Assembly (NCBI GenBank): GCA_963668355.1
Contig: OY764265.1
Location: 800,001 to 864,000 of the forward strand
Reading direction: 5' to 3'
Origin: Bdellovibrionota bacterium
GTDB taxonomy: Bacteria; Bdellovibrionota_G; JALEGL01; DATDPG01
DNA length: 64,000 bases
Part shown: piece after piece, positions 32,940-43,062 of the stretch
Position numbering within the stretch: the first letter of the stretch is position 1
How the letters are laid out: each line of letters starts with the position of its first letter
The notes under the pieces: model-generated
Told to the model about the DNA's origin: nothing
What the model saw: only the letters and a program-made list of their open reading frames with translations
The model's database searches: none
Made by a program: the position numbers and the translations under genes

Positions 32940-33168
32940 TATTTTCTCATTTCGTTTCTTTGATTTGTCATAGAAGAACAGGGCGTCCCCGAGAGTCGGC
33001 ACCTCGATCAAGAGGAGCACTAACGCAATTAAATTTCAGGATTGAAAAAGGGTGGTAAATCAGGCCAAGCACTTAATAATGATGATCAAATACCACCTAC
33101 ACCCTATTTATGAGGGGCTGTATACATGAATGCCGCATCAAATCAACCCCTTTGGACAGGTCCCCACA

Positions 33169-34053
33169 CTAAAAAACCCGAGGCCAGGAGCCCTGATCTG
33201 GACCGTGTGTCACAAGAAAAGCCAAGAGCCATCGCTCCAGCCCAAACCCCACACAAGCGCTATAGGCCGGAGTTTCATCGGAAAGACGAATATCAAACCA
33301 TTCTCCAAATCGTGTTTCGTGATTGTTCGCCGAGAAAATCGCCAAAGGCTGATCACTCCTGAGCGGAAATGTAAGCTCCTGCTTCAAAGCCTTTAGTTTT
33401 TGCAAAAACTTCTTATCCTTGGCGGTCGCAGAAAAAAACGGATCCGTCGCATCCGCAATGGATACAGGAATTCCAAGGGTGTCCGCCAATTCCTTGGCTC
33501 GGTTCATTTCTTTTTCCTTAAAACTCACAATGGCTTTTTCACTTCCAATGCATACGATCTCTCGCATCGTAAAAGCCCAGCCCCGTTCCAAAGGCCGGAA
33601 ACGATCGCCTTCGTGTCTCCAACAAGTTCCCTGAGCCGTCATCAAGCAGGTTTCTGGAAGGGTTTGACCTTTCAGATTCGCATAAGTGTGATAGCACACG
33701 GCTGGTGGCATCGCAGCCTCTGGAGGAAGAATGGACTCTTTGGCCGCTTTCGTTTTGTCAGAGGCTTGCGCTACGGATTCCAACACACTGGGGTCATCAC
33801 TCAAATGGGCTGCAGCCGTAAGCCATTGAGGAAAGGAGGCAAAGTAGTCGGCTCGCTCCAAAGTTTCAAACGCAATTCCCTGGGGAGAACTCCACTCATT
33901 CGAGGTGCTCTCCAAACAATGACTGCGAATTTTAAAATCAATCTTTTGAAAAAGGTCCCAGGTATCCCCCTTCATCCCGACCAAGCCAGGACGAACTTCC
34001 CAAAGCTCTCCCTTATTCTTCAATGATGCAATGATTTCTTCTGGTGCCTTCAT
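33169..34053 (-). CDS. amino acid:[carrier protein] ligase (truncated atypical SerRS homolog)
   Basis: Class II aaRS core without a tRNA-binding arm: PAVCYH.Y, C.RHE, FTMREIV.IG, A.DPFF, N.H...FG, SACVGFGLERW. Confidence 0.85.
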   Translation of the reverse strand: MKAPEEIIASLKNKGELWEVRPGLVGMKGDTWDLFQKIDFKIRSHCLESTSNEWSSPQGIAFETLERADYFASFPQWLTAAAHLSDDPSVLESVAQASDKTKAAKESILPPEAAMPPAVCYHTYANLKGQTLPETCLMTAQGTCWRHEGDRFRPLERGWAFTMREIVCIGSEKAIVSFKEKEMNRAKELADTLGIPVSIADATDPFFSATAKDKKFLQKLKALKQELTFPLRSDQPLAIFSANNHETRFGEWFDIRLSDETPAYSACVGFGLERWLLAFLVTHGPDQGSWPRVF

Positions 34054-34074
34054 GGGCTCTCCCTAACTGACTAT

Positions 34075-35202
34075 TTATGTCTTCGTTTTTCGTTTCACGT
34101 AGTCCGCAATGGCTCCCGCGCTTTCAAAGCTCTTCTTCTCAACCTCCTCCAAAGCCACACTTATCTTAAATTTTTCTTCCAAAAACGTAATGAGTTCAAA
34201 GAAACGCAAAGAAGTCAGTACTCCAGCATCAAATAAATTGGTTTCTACGCTCAACGGCGTTTCTCTCTGGGGGGATTTTGCTTGCAAAAACGCACAAATC
34301 AACTCTGCATGGCTCTCGGACTTAGATGAAAGTGGTTTTTTTGGCTTCGTCGTCGAAGGCTTAGTCGTAGCATACTTCTCAACAAACTCTTCCACGGGCA
34401 AATCAAAACTTTTTGCTTCCTGGCGAATCTTCTCTTCACTCCAATCCCACCACTTGATGTCCAATAACTTTTCAATGACGGAACGGGAAAAACGATATCT
34501 GAGAATTTTGGCGGGATTTCCAGCCACAATGGCGAAATCGGGGACATCTTCCATAACATGGCTGTTGGCTCCAATGACAGCTCCGTTTCCGATACGCACG
34601 CCTCCCATAATGGTCGCATTCAAGCCAATCCACACTTCATTCTGAATCACAATCTTATCAAACCGACCATCTCGAATCATGGCGGTTTCATTCTTTGGAT
34701 CGAAATCTTCAGAAAAATGGGCACTCACACGGAAATGAGACACCGCGTCGGGGTTGTGCTGCCCCCCAAGAAGAAATTGGACTCCATCTGCAAAATTGCA
34801 AAACTTCCCCACCTCGACACACTCACTCGGAGCTCCTGTTCCCCAGACATTGAGCTTTACCGCGTTCCAATTGGAACAAATGATTTCTGGCCCACCAAAA
34901 CCACTCACCTGTTCTGTGGTAGAAATGGGCAAGCCTCTAAGCAGCCCTTTTTGAACCAAATCGTCCAAAATGTTTTCAAATTGTGATTCTGAGAGGCCTT
35001 CCCACTTAGAATCGGCATGCATTAGTTTTTGAAATACGTTCCGAGGGAGATCTTGTCCGACAAAGAGCCGGAGAATAAAAAGCACATCATTGGAAATGAT
35101 GTGCCGACCCTGCGTTTGAGAACCGTTTACCTCAAACTTGCCCGAATGTGACAACTTGAACGAAACATTTTTATCAAGCTCATAGAGTCTATCCCAGTAC
35201 AC
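34075..35202 (-). CDS. RRE-like domain + Vat/CatB-type hexapeptide acyltransferase + acyl carrier protein fusion
   Basis: N-terminal wHTH-like ...LDDLVQKGLL; GGQH, EVWIG.NA.I..GV.IG.GAVIG, GNPA, KWWDW; C-terminal LFDAGVLTSL..ELI.FLEEKF. Confidence 0.8.
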   Translation of the reverse strand: MYWDRLYELDKNVSFKLSHSGKFEVNGSQTQGRHIISNDVLFILRLFVGQDLPRNVFQKLMHADSKWEGLSESQFENILDDLVQKGLLRGLPISTTEQVSGFGGPEIICSNWNAVKLNVWGTGAPSECVEVGKFCNFADGVQFLLGGQHNPDAVSHFRVSAHFSEDFDPKNETAMIRDGRFDKIVIQNEVWIGLNATIMGGVRIGNGAVIGANSHVMEDVPDFAIVAGNPAKILRYRFSRSVIEKLLDIKWWDWSEEKIRQEAKSFDLPVEEFVEKYATTKPSTTKPKKPLSSKSESHAELICAFLQAKSPQRETPLSVETNLFDAGVLTSLRFFELITFLEEKFKISVALEEVEKKSFESAGAIADYVKRKTKT

Positions 35203-35258
35203 GCAAGCATCCTCCTCTTGAAATCAACCGGCGACATTCCCATGATAGCACTCCGGTT

Positions 35259-36332
35259 TCATCCAGAGGATTCATTTTTTGCCAATCTTTCCTTTTCCCA
35301 AGCTTGAAGCAATTCAACTCGGTTCTCTGGAGGAATGGGCAACACGCCCGTTGGGCAATGATTTCGTCGGGCACAAAAATCTTGCCACCATTGATTTAAA
35401 TTTCCCTCCAAGCAGGTCTCCAAACTTTTCGAGGCCGACTGAATCACTCGAAGAAGTTCCTCTTTTAACTCGGATGGCATGCAGCATCGTCCCTTTTCGG
35501 ATTCAAGAGATTTTGAAAATCGATCGGGACTAAAAAGTTTCGTTCGAAATTTGTCCCAATAGTCGACTTCGGGAATCAGCACATATGCTTTTTCCTGCCC
35601 CACCATCGCTGAGATTTCACGAACGAGCGTCAAAACCGAATAGTGGGCATCGGCTCGAATGGCAATCGAAACGGTTTGCTCTTCATCCGGAACACGAACT
35701 TCATGCATCATTCCATCATGAAAATACAAAACTTCACCCGCACGAAGTTCAACCTCTTCGACCGGCCCCGCGAACCTTTCCGGATTGTCTCGAAAATTGT
35801 AATCAAAAAGAATTTTTTCTTGAAAATCTTTCCTGGGGCCCCACGTGCGAATGATTTTTGTGCCTTGAAGCTGAAACAGAAAATTATTTCCGGGGTCGTT
35901 ATGGGCATTGTATAAATGACCACCGCCCGTAATGAACATGGCATTCCCAACGGAACATCCGAAGGGATGATGATGGGCCAACTCTGGAAGAAAATATGAA
36001 TCGGCAAATGTTTTTAACTCCGAAACAACATTGAAAACGGGCTCAATTTGAAGCTGCACAGGGGCTCCGCTTCTCACCCCCTCAATCAGACCTTCTCGAA
36101 CTTCTTGAGGTGCATTTCCACGAGCCGCATAAATCATTCCCGATTCGCCCTCGTCCACTCCTTGAAGCGCTTTTCGCATGACCGTCCCCATCAAACGTGG
36201 TTCCTTAGTGCAAAGATTTAGGCTCCATTCCAGTGGATTCTCTGGAAGAGGAAACTCTTTTGGGATCTTCATCACCTTTGGACCACGAGTTCCCCAGAGC
36301 TGATTCAATTGTTCAATGGAAGATTTCGGCAT
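35259..36332 (-). CDS. JmjC/cupin 2OG-Fe(II) oxygenase (YcfD/RoxA-like)
   Basis: HND...NF.FQL.G.K, L.AGEVLY....MH facial triad. Confidence 0.85.
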   Translation of the reverse strand: MPKSSIEQLNQLWGTRGPKVMKIPKEFPLPENPLEWSLNLCTKEPRLMGTVMRKALQGVDEGESGMIYAARGNAPQEVREGLIEGVRSGAPVQLQIEPVFNVVSELKTFADSYFLPELAHHHPFGCSVGNAMFITGGGHLYNAHNDPGNNFLFQLQGTKIIRTWGPRKDFQEKILFDYNFRDNPERFAGPVEEVELRAGEVLYFHDGMMHEVRVPDEEQTVSIAIRADAHYSVLTLVREISAMVGQEKAYVLIPEVDYWDKFRTKLFSPDRFSKSLESEKGRCCMPSELKEELLRVIQSASKSLETCLEGNLNQWWQDFCARRNHCPTGVLPIPPENRVELLQAWEKERLAKNESSG

Positions 36333-36386
36333 AAATATAAAGAAACGCGATTATATCACGCCCTTCACAAGGAAGGGAGAGGGGAA

Positions 36387-37679
36387 CTATGATTCCGACT
36401 TTCCTTCTTTTGGAGGCCCGGATAACGGAACCACGATCGTAAAGGTGGTTCCCTTTCCCTCTTCAGATTCGACTTCGATTCGCCCCCCATGACGCTCGAC
36501 AATTCCATACGAGATGGACAAACCCAAGCCCGTCCCTTTTCCGATTTCTTTGGTGGTATAAAAAGGATCGAAAATCTTAGCTAAATGCTTTTGGGGGATC
36601 CCGCCTCCATTGTCTTTGATTTCGACATGAACCATGTCATCTTTCACGTATGTCTTGAGCCAAACCTCTCCTTCACCTTCGATGGCTTGAGCCGCATTGT
36701 GAAGAATGTTCATATATACTTGATTGAGCTGGCTGGCGAAACACGGGACCAGAGGCAACTCCGCAAAATCTCGATGTACCGTAATGCGGTTTTTATATTC
36801 ATTCCGAAGCAAGGTTAATGTCATATCAATGTCTTGATGAATATCCGTTTCTTTCACCTGCGCTTCGTCCAGCCGAGAGAAGGTTCTCAGTCCTTGTATG
36901 ATCTCAGCAGCTCGCTCACTCCCATGCCGAATGCTCTTTACGACCTTTGAGAAATCATCCATGACAAAGTCATAATCAATTTGAGTTTTCATATTGGAAA
37001 ACTTTTCAAGTAAGGAGGGGTCTCCTCCAACAAGCTTCTCCGCTTCCAAAATTAGCTTTTCCAAGTCGTCTCGATACTCCACCAGACTCTCTGAGTTCCC
37101 GTAAATGAAGTTGATGGGATTGTTCAGTTCGTGGGCAATGCCTGCCACCATCTGTCCTAGGGAAGACATTTTTTCAGAATGAACCAATTGAGACTGCGTG
37201 GCCCTTAGCTCCTTGGTCCGTTCATCGACCAAACGTTCCAGCTCTTCCTTGGCCAATTTCTCTTTGTCCAAGAGGATCTTATATTTGGCATGAATGCGCG
37301 CTTCATCTGTCACATCCCGATGCACTTCCAACACAGAAACAACGTCACCAGAAGCATTCTTAATGGGAATGGCCGTGACAATTAAATTTAGATCGTTTCC
37401 CTCAATGGTCTTTCCCTTCACTTCATCGAAACGAACGGACACCCCCGATTCAAGACATTGCTTTACGATGCAATTCTTCTCACAAATCTCAAGATTGACA
37501 TGATCCCGGCAAAAATTTCCATTCAAAGCTTTGGATTTTCGACGGTCGATCTGATGCAGCATAAGAAAAGGCCGATTGAAATCTTCAATTTTGCGATCTT
37601 TATCGACGACGAATGCTGAGTCTGTGACCCCTTTGACCAGATCAATGATTGGAGAAAGCGCTTTATCTGTTTTAGACAT
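36387..37679 (-). CDS. PAS-domain sensor histidine kinase
   Basis: EKMSSLGQMVAGIAHELNNP H-box, N, DNGGG, DPFYTTK and GTGLGL boxes. Confidence 0.95.
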   Translation of the reverse strand: MSKTDKALSPIIDLVKGVTDSAFVVDKDRKIEDFNRPFLMLHQIDRRKSKALNGNFCRDHVNLEICEKNCIVKQCLESGVSVRFDEVKGKTIEGNDLNLIVTAIPIKNASGDVVSVLEVHRDVTDEARIHAKYKILLDKEKLAKEELERLVDERTKELRATQSQLVHSEKMSSLGQMVAGIAHELNNPINFIYGNSESLVEYRDDLEKLILEAEKLVGGDPSLLEKFSNMKTQIDYDFVMDDFSKVVKSIRHGSERAAEIIQGLRTFSRLDEAQVKETDIHQDIDMTLTLLRNEYKNRITVHRDFAELPLVPCFASQLNQVYMNILHNAAQAIEGEGEVWLKTYVKDDMVHVEIKDNGGGIPQKHLAKIFDPFYTTKEIGKGTGLGLSISYGIVERHGGRIEVESEEGKGTTFTIVVPLSGPPKEGKSES

Positions 37680-37689
37680 CCAGCAAAAA

Positions 37690-38220
37690 CTATTTCGAAG
37701 CGAGGACTTTTAACACCTCAGATTCAACGGTCCTGCCTTGTTGATGCTTGAGAAAATAAAAGTATTCGTCTTCAATATCATTGAACTCCAGAGTCCCTTT
37801 TTCTTCCTCTGTCAACAGAGCTTCTGGATCAGGGTCTTCTTCGGGGGTCTTGCCATCAGGAAGCGCATAAAGTCTCATTTCTTCCTTATCTTCGTTCTCA
37901 CTGTAGAAGGGCAAGTAAAACGAAAAAACCATTCCGCCCCCACCAAAATTGGAAATCATATTGAATTGCTCTACAAAAGCGGGCGGACATCGATGAAAAA
38001 TGACTTGTTTTGAATTCTCGCAAATCTCCTTCATCACGTTGATCCACTGCCGAATTCCGTATGAATTGATTCGCTCAACCTTATCTAAGTCGATGACCAC
38101 AAGAGGCTTGAGATCCTTATTCGCATCCTCGATTTGACTGTCTTCGGTAATATTGCCCTCCAACCGCAGAACAATCACATCTCCTGTGACCTCTCGATGA
38201 ATCTTCAAGACGTCGCCCAT
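37690..38220 (-). CDS. STAS-like protein
   Basis: L.G.I.E, IDL..V.RINS.G..W, Q.NMI.NF pattern. Confidence 0.7.
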   Translation of the reverse strand: MGDVLKIHREVTGDVIVLRLEGNITEDSQIEDANKDLKPLVVIDLDKVERINSYGIRQWINVMKEICENSKQVIFHRCPPAFVEQFNMISNFGGGGMVFSFYLPFYSENEDKEEMRLYALPDGKTPEEDPDPEALLTEEEKGTLEFNDIEDEYFYFLKHQQGRTVESEVLKVLASK

Positions 38221-38231
38221 AGTTTCCTCAC

Positions 38232-39194
38232 TTACTCCTGCTTTACAAAGATGTTAAAGGATTTACTTCGCGATTTCGTGTCTCGGTAACTGGCCCGAAT
38301 GTCGATTAACCCCAAAGTCTCAGTCATTTTCCCCGGATGGATGTTCACCACCAACTGATTTAAAGATTGAAAAATCATATAGAAACCGACACCCGCTCCG
38401 CCGGCCTTTGTATCAATCTGGTACTCATCCGCCGCAAAGCATTTTCGCAAATAGCTGACAACCGTTTCTCCTTTTAAAGCCCCAAAACGGTCTCTGCAGG
38501 CGATTGCGAAGTATCGCCCGTCACTTCCATATTCCAGAATCGCTCGATCTTTGGCTTTAAGCTGAACGCGATCCGTTCGAGGAAGATGGGCATACATCGA
38601 TTTGCCATCATCATCCACGGGCGCGTCATAAAGGGCATTCATCAACAACTCATCTGCAACGATTTCCGCCAAACGTACAAATCGTTTGTCACATTGAAGA
38701 TTCCGTACAAAGTCACCTACCCGCTGAACTTGATCCTGCTTTTCGGCCGAGTCCTGAACTACCTCTTGAACCAGATTGACGCCCCACACCAAGTATTTTT
38801 CAAGGCCGAAAATATCTTGTCGGAGAAGTTTTTCTGTCGTGATGATGACCTCTTCCTCGCTTACCTTTTCGTTTCGAGCAATCAGATTTCGAAGTTGGTC
38901 ATGGGAAAATAGTTCAACCAGATGATCTTTATCTCTCCGTTGAGACAATAAAATCAGGGGAGTCTTTCCTTCTTTTCCCAAATAATCGCGAATGTACGTT
39001 TTGGCTTCAGCCTCCGGAGAATCATAATTGGCCAAGGTCAGGTCAAACGAACTTCCGGCCAAAGCTTCATCGACCTCCTCTTTAGAAGTAACGATCACCA
39101 CGTCGCTACCTGCAGAAAGCAAGGCTCGATGAACGACCTTTCGAAATGATGGATCCGAAGCGGGATCCATGAATAGAATTCTTTTACCTTTCAA
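38232..39194 (-). CDS. receiver-like + anti-sigma/HATPase-like protein
   Basis: N-terminal REC-like fold; DELLMNALYDAP, RD.FG.L, GGAG.G. Confidence 0.7.
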   Translation of the reverse strand: MKGKRILFMDPASDPSFRKVVHRALLSAGSDVVIVTSKEEVDEALAGSSFDLTLANYDSPEAEAKTYIRDYLGKEGKTPLILLSQRRDKDHLVELFSHDQLRNLIARNEKVSEEEVIITTEKLLRQDIFGLEKYLVWGVNLVQEVVQDSAEKQDQVQRVGDFVRNLQCDKRFVRLAEIVADELLMNALYDAPVDDDGKSMYAHLPRTDRVQLKAKDRAILEYGSDGRYFAIACRDRFGALKGETVVSYLRKCFAADEYQIDTKAGGAGVGFYMIFQSLNQLVVNIHPGKMTETLGLIDIRASYRDTKSRSKSFNIFVKQE

Positions 39195-39343
39195 TTTGAC
39201 CCTTTAAATCGTGAACTTATCGCATGGTATCAAGAAGTTAGGGCATACGCCAAGCTTCTTTAGCAAGAATGGAGGATATTTTACGACCTTTGGAGCTTTC
39301 CCTTGAATTTACCTTCGACCCGCCCAATAATGTAGGAAATCTC

Positions 39344-39874
39344 ATGAACGAATTGACAATGATCCTTCTGGCGGTTGTGGCGGCTTTTTTCCTCCTCAAC
39401 CAACTCATTATTTTAAGCCACATTCGAACCCTCCAGGGCCTCCTAAAGCAGTTCAAGGCCAATCTCCATGGCGAAAACAGGTCCAATCCCACACAGAATG
39501 TTCCTGACCAACGCCCCTCATCTACGGCACGTCGAATCAAGTTTCGTGCACAAACCAAAATTCCCGGAAAAGTCCTCCTCCGAGACAAATTTCATTCGGT
39601 GATCGTTGAGGACCTCAGCCAAACGGGCGCCATGATCCGCACAGAGGGAGACATAACGCTCAAAGTCAATTTCGAATACCCTTTTTCAACCCATTTACCT
39701 TCGGGAGAAAGCATTCAAGCCACGCTAAAAATCATTCGGATTGTCAGTGCAGAGGAGCATTCCTACGGAGCGTGTTTTGTAAATCTCCCCCTCAAAGAGA
39801 AAAAAATCTTAACCAAGTATGTGAATGATTCGGCCAATCAAGAATTGAACAAGGACATTATGTCCCTTAGCTAA
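39344..39874 (+). CDS. membrane-anchored PilZ-domain protein
   Basis: N-terminal TM, RIKFR (RxxxR), DLSQTG. Confidence 0.8.
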   Translation: MNELTMILLAVVAAFFLLNQLIILSHIRTLQGLLKQFKANLHGENRSNPTQNVPDQRPSSTARRIKFRAQTKIPGKVLLRDKFHSVIVEDLSQTGAMIRTEGDITLKVNFEYPFSTHLPSGESIQATLKIIRIVSAEEHSYGACFVNLPLKEKKILTKYVNDSANQELNKDIMSLS

Positions 39875-41153
39875 TAAAGGCCTTGGAAAGAAGTAAGTGT
39901 GGCGCTCCTCGACCGGAGAGGTTTAAAAATTGGGCGTCTGCCAAGCAGCCTCCATCCTCCACCCATTTCGACTCATTTCCAACTCCCCGAATATTCGCCA
40001 GAGCTCCCGACAAATCTCCACTCAGAACAGGAGCCAAAACGTATTTTCCTAGCTTTCCCTTTCGAATTTCCTGTCCGAATTGACAGCATATCCCATACGA
40101 AGGTGTAGAAATAATGGCTCCCAAAGAACCCACCAAAATCAATCCTCGGTCGATCCGAGCCAGCAGAGATTCAAAAGAATCTTCTCCAGGAAGAATTCGA
40201 ATATTCGTCATTCTTGAAAGCGGTATATGTTTAAAATCTCGCGCACGGGCTCTTCCATTCGGCTTCTTTTGGCGCTGAAAGGCCGACTCCAAACAATTTA
40301 ATCCATTCATCAAAACGCCTTTTTCAATGATTCGAAGGGGGGAAGCCGTCACACCCTCATCATCAAAGGGCATGTTCAAAGCTCCCTGCGATGCCTGCGG
40401 GTCATCTTCTACAGAGAGATGTCCGGAGGCCACTCGACGTCCCAGTCCTTCTCCAAACGACAGAACATTTCGACGCCACTCCGCAGGATGTCCAAAGACT
40501 TCATGAGCAAAGACAGCGGAAACGGAAGGGTCCAACAAAACATCCATTTCGCCTGGCGCACACAACGAAGCATCTTTCAACTTTTCTTCTTCTTCCTTCA
40601 TCTCCTTGAAGGCCTGGGTGAGACTGTTTGGCGTTGGGTTGTGTAAAAAACGTCTCAAATGAAGGTTGCCCTGTGGAAGCTTTTCAGTGAGCTCCAGTCG
40701 AACCATGCGCGTCTGTTCCGTGCGCTCACGTTTCATCTTCATCGAATTTCCCCAAGACACCCTTCGATGGCGCCAAAGGAAGCGAGAATCTATATTGCCA
40801 TGAGCAAATGATTTTGCCACTTCCACCAAATCTTCAGAAATGGGTAAAAATTTCTCAGCGTCGGCTTCTTCTCGGATCGAAGGCTCACCCATCCTTTCAA
40901 AATGTTTTTTGATGAATCTTGAAAAATCCGTTTCTCGAAAGCTCAATCGAGGCTCATCCGGATTCAACAGAAAGGCATTATCCCCTGCAATCCGAATCAT
41001 CTCTCCCGATTGTTCCGCATTCACAACATCCTGAATCTCCCCATTTTTCACCCGAAAGCTCTCTTGCTGGATGTGCTCCTTCCGAACATCCGCATAACCG
41101 GACTCGTTTTTTTCTAGAGACTCCATAAATGCCTCGAATCGAGTTAGCCCCAT
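39867..41153 (-). CDS. TldD-family metalloprotease
   Basis: HEVFGH, PFDDEG, GRAR, P.SRMTN, G.GAP. Confidence 0.85.
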   Translation of the reverse strand: MGLTRFEAFMESLEKNESGYADVRKEHIQQESFRVKNGEIQDVVNAEQSGEMIRIAGDNAFLLNPDEPRLSFRETDFSRFIKKHFERMGEPSIREEADAEKFLPISEDLVEVAKSFAHGNIDSRFLWRHRRVSWGNSMKMKRERTEQTRMVRLELTEKLPQGNLHLRRFLHNPTPNSLTQAFKEMKEEEEKLKDASLCAPGEMDVLLDPSVSAVFAHEVFGHPAEWRRNVLSFGEGLGRRVASGHLSVEDDPQASQGALNMPFDDEGVTASPLRIIEKGVLMNGLNCLESAFQRQKKPNGRARARDFKHIPLSRMTNIRILPGEDSFESLLARIDRGLILVGSLGAIISTPSYGICCQFGQEIRKGKLGKYVLAPVLSGDLSGALANIRGVGNESKWVEDGGCLADAQFLNLSGRGAPHLLLSKAFIS

Positions 41154-42490
41154 GTAAACCTCGGCAGAAAAACGTAAGGAAACCAACCGGAGCTGGTCAT
41201 CTGACCGGTTTTTAACGGAACTGCGCTCTTATCCAACAAACTCCCATGGGCCTTTCCCACTTTAGCAACTCGCCGGGCACTGGGATGACGTTGACCGGAC
41301 AACAAAGCTGCAACTCTCCCATCCTTATATACTTTACCCTCAAAGCACATGGCCACACTGCGACTGACAAATTCATCTATCTTGCTCAAGGGGAAAATCA
41401 TCTGCTCCAAAAGAATCACTTGATCATGTTCTTTTAGGACATCCGAAAGTGTCTGCGTTCCGGCCCTCAATACAAGATTTGTGGGAAGAATTCTGGGGCT
41501 CAATTCGTACGCCCCTTCTAAAAATCGGCTTCGTCGAAATCCATTTCCGGAACTTTTGGATTGATTCCGTGCCGCAGATTCAAGATGGCTCAATCGACTT
41601 TTGACCTCAGGTCCAACACAAAGCGTCTTTTTGAACGTCGGCGTTCCTTCGTCATCAAAAGGAGCCTTTCGAAGTCCGCGTAAAAGAAAAGGATCATCCT
41701 CCAAGCAAAAAGACAAAGGCAACTGCTCCAAAGCCTGAGGCGTTTCTTTCGAATCCACCGAAACGGCCGAGGCTACGCCCAGACAGATCATCTCGACAAT
41801 CCAAGGAGAAAGGAGCAAGGAAGAAGTCCCCTTGGTGACTTGAATGCAGGGCAATGAGGTCGACATGTGATCGAGTTTTTTTCGACATTCCGCCAAAACA
41901 CTTTCTTCGGAATCCAAATGTTTCAAATAAACATTTTCCAAACGTTTTGTTTTCTCGTTCCAAAAGTGGAATGCTGCTCGTATCTGCCCACGATCATAAG
42001 AACCCGACAAACCCAAACTATTCTCCAAAGACACCGTTTCGGTGCGATAAGAGAGGGAAGAGGAGATCTTTAAATGTGGCCACTCCTTCGCCAAACGATC
42101 TCTCATCCCCAAAGTCATATCTGAAACGGTTTTCATGGAAGATAAGTCTTCCCTTTCCGGTGAAAGCTCACGATATTTCTGAGGACCGTTTAACGAATAT
42201 CGGGCCTTTTCCAAGGTGCATTGGAGGGGGGGGGGCCAATTCGATTCCAAAAAATCTTGGGCTTCTGGCCACTTAGAAAAAGCTCGGGAAAAACGCCCTA
42301 AAGCCTTCCCCTTGTGAGCCGTGAGAGCAAAGCTGGTCAACTCTCCCTGCATTTCAGAAAGCCTTCCCTCAAAATCAACCTCCGCCCGTCGCGTGCATTC
42401 TTCCGAACTTCGGATTTCCGCATCCTCCGCCCATTTTCCACAACGACGGAGGCAGTCACGCAACATGGATGAATTGATCCGCCTCGTCAT
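41144..42490 (-). CDS. TldE/PmbA-family partner (divergent)
   Basis: EDDP, PFDDEG.P, SGNG.R, PTNL; no HExxH; translationally coupled to the TldD gene. Confidence 0.7.
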   Translation of the reverse strand: MTRRINSSMLRDCLRRCGKWAEDAEIRSSEECTRRAEVDFEGRLSEMQGELTSFALTAHKGKALGRFSRAFSKWPEAQDFLESNWPPPLQCTLEKARYSLNGPQKYRELSPEREDLSSMKTVSDMTLGMRDRLAKEWPHLKISSSLSYRTETVSLENSLGLSGSYDRGQIRAAFHFWNEKTKRLENVYLKHLDSEESVLAECRKKLDHMSTSLPCIQVTKGTSSLLLSPWIVEMICLGVASAVSVDSKETPQALEQLPLSFCLEDDPFLLRGLRKAPFDDEGTPTFKKTLCVGPEVKSRLSHLESAARNQSKSSGNGFRRSRFLEGAYELSPRILPTNLVLRAGTQTLSDVLKEHDQVILLEQMIFPLSKIDEFVSRSVAMCFEGKVYKDGRVAALLSGQRHPSARRVAKVGKAHGSLLDKSAVPLKTGQMTSSGWFPYVFLPRFTWG

Positions 42491-42613
42491 GTCTGCCCAG
42501 CTTTCAAAATTGGCTCGATCTTTTAAAAAAAAGATTCCACATTGGTCTCTCAAGAAAGATTAGCGTATAATACATCAATTATTTCGGCTATTTTTGAACG
42601 TCGAGACATAAGA

Positions 42614-43036
42614 ATGCCTGAAACCCCTCGAAAACAAAGACGTCGGTTCCCTAGATTTAAGATTACGCCCGTTTTTCGCCTAAAGGCTCGCGTTCGAGCC
42701 ATAGGAGAAAAGCAAACACACTACTTTGATGTGATCAACTTGAGCATGGGAGGAGCCCTTCTCATTTCCCACAAAGGCGTAAATTTCGACGCGAATGTGA
42801 GCAATGTGCTGGAGATCTTATTTTTCAGCGGAGATCTGTCGCTACGTTGTGTGGCACGAATCGCCCAAGGGACATTTGTAGAGAAAAATGAAGAAGACGA
42901 TGACTTGGACCCTCAATGCGTCCAGCTGGGGATCGAAATCGTGGGCATCGACGAAAAAAGCCGAAAACACCTTGGAGACTTCCTATATAAGCTAGACCAT
43001 CAAGAGAATGAAGTTCCCTCGGCCGCCTCACCCTAG
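42614..43036 (+). CDS. PilZ-domain protein
   Basis: RRRFPR, NLSMGG. Confidence 0.8.
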   Translation: MPETPRKQRRRFPRFKITPVFRLKARVRAIGEKQTHYFDVINLSMGGALLISHKGVNFDANVSNVLEILFFSGDLSLRCVARIAQGTFVEKNEEDDDLDPQCVQLGIEIVGIDEKSRKHLGDFLYKLDHQENEVPSAASP

Positions 43037-43062
43037 AAGTTCAACTCTTTCGATTTCCTTCG

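Noticed and set aside
33169..34053. Second serS or serS pseudogene; link to serS and tRNA-Ser in the window
   Set aside because: The motifs match aa:CP ligases and a carrier domain is adjacent. Proximity to serS and tRNA-Ser (18-30 kb) is likely coincidental.
34075..35202. Antibiotic resistance gene (vat/catB)
   Set aside because: It is fused to RRE-like and carrier domains in a biosynthetic context.
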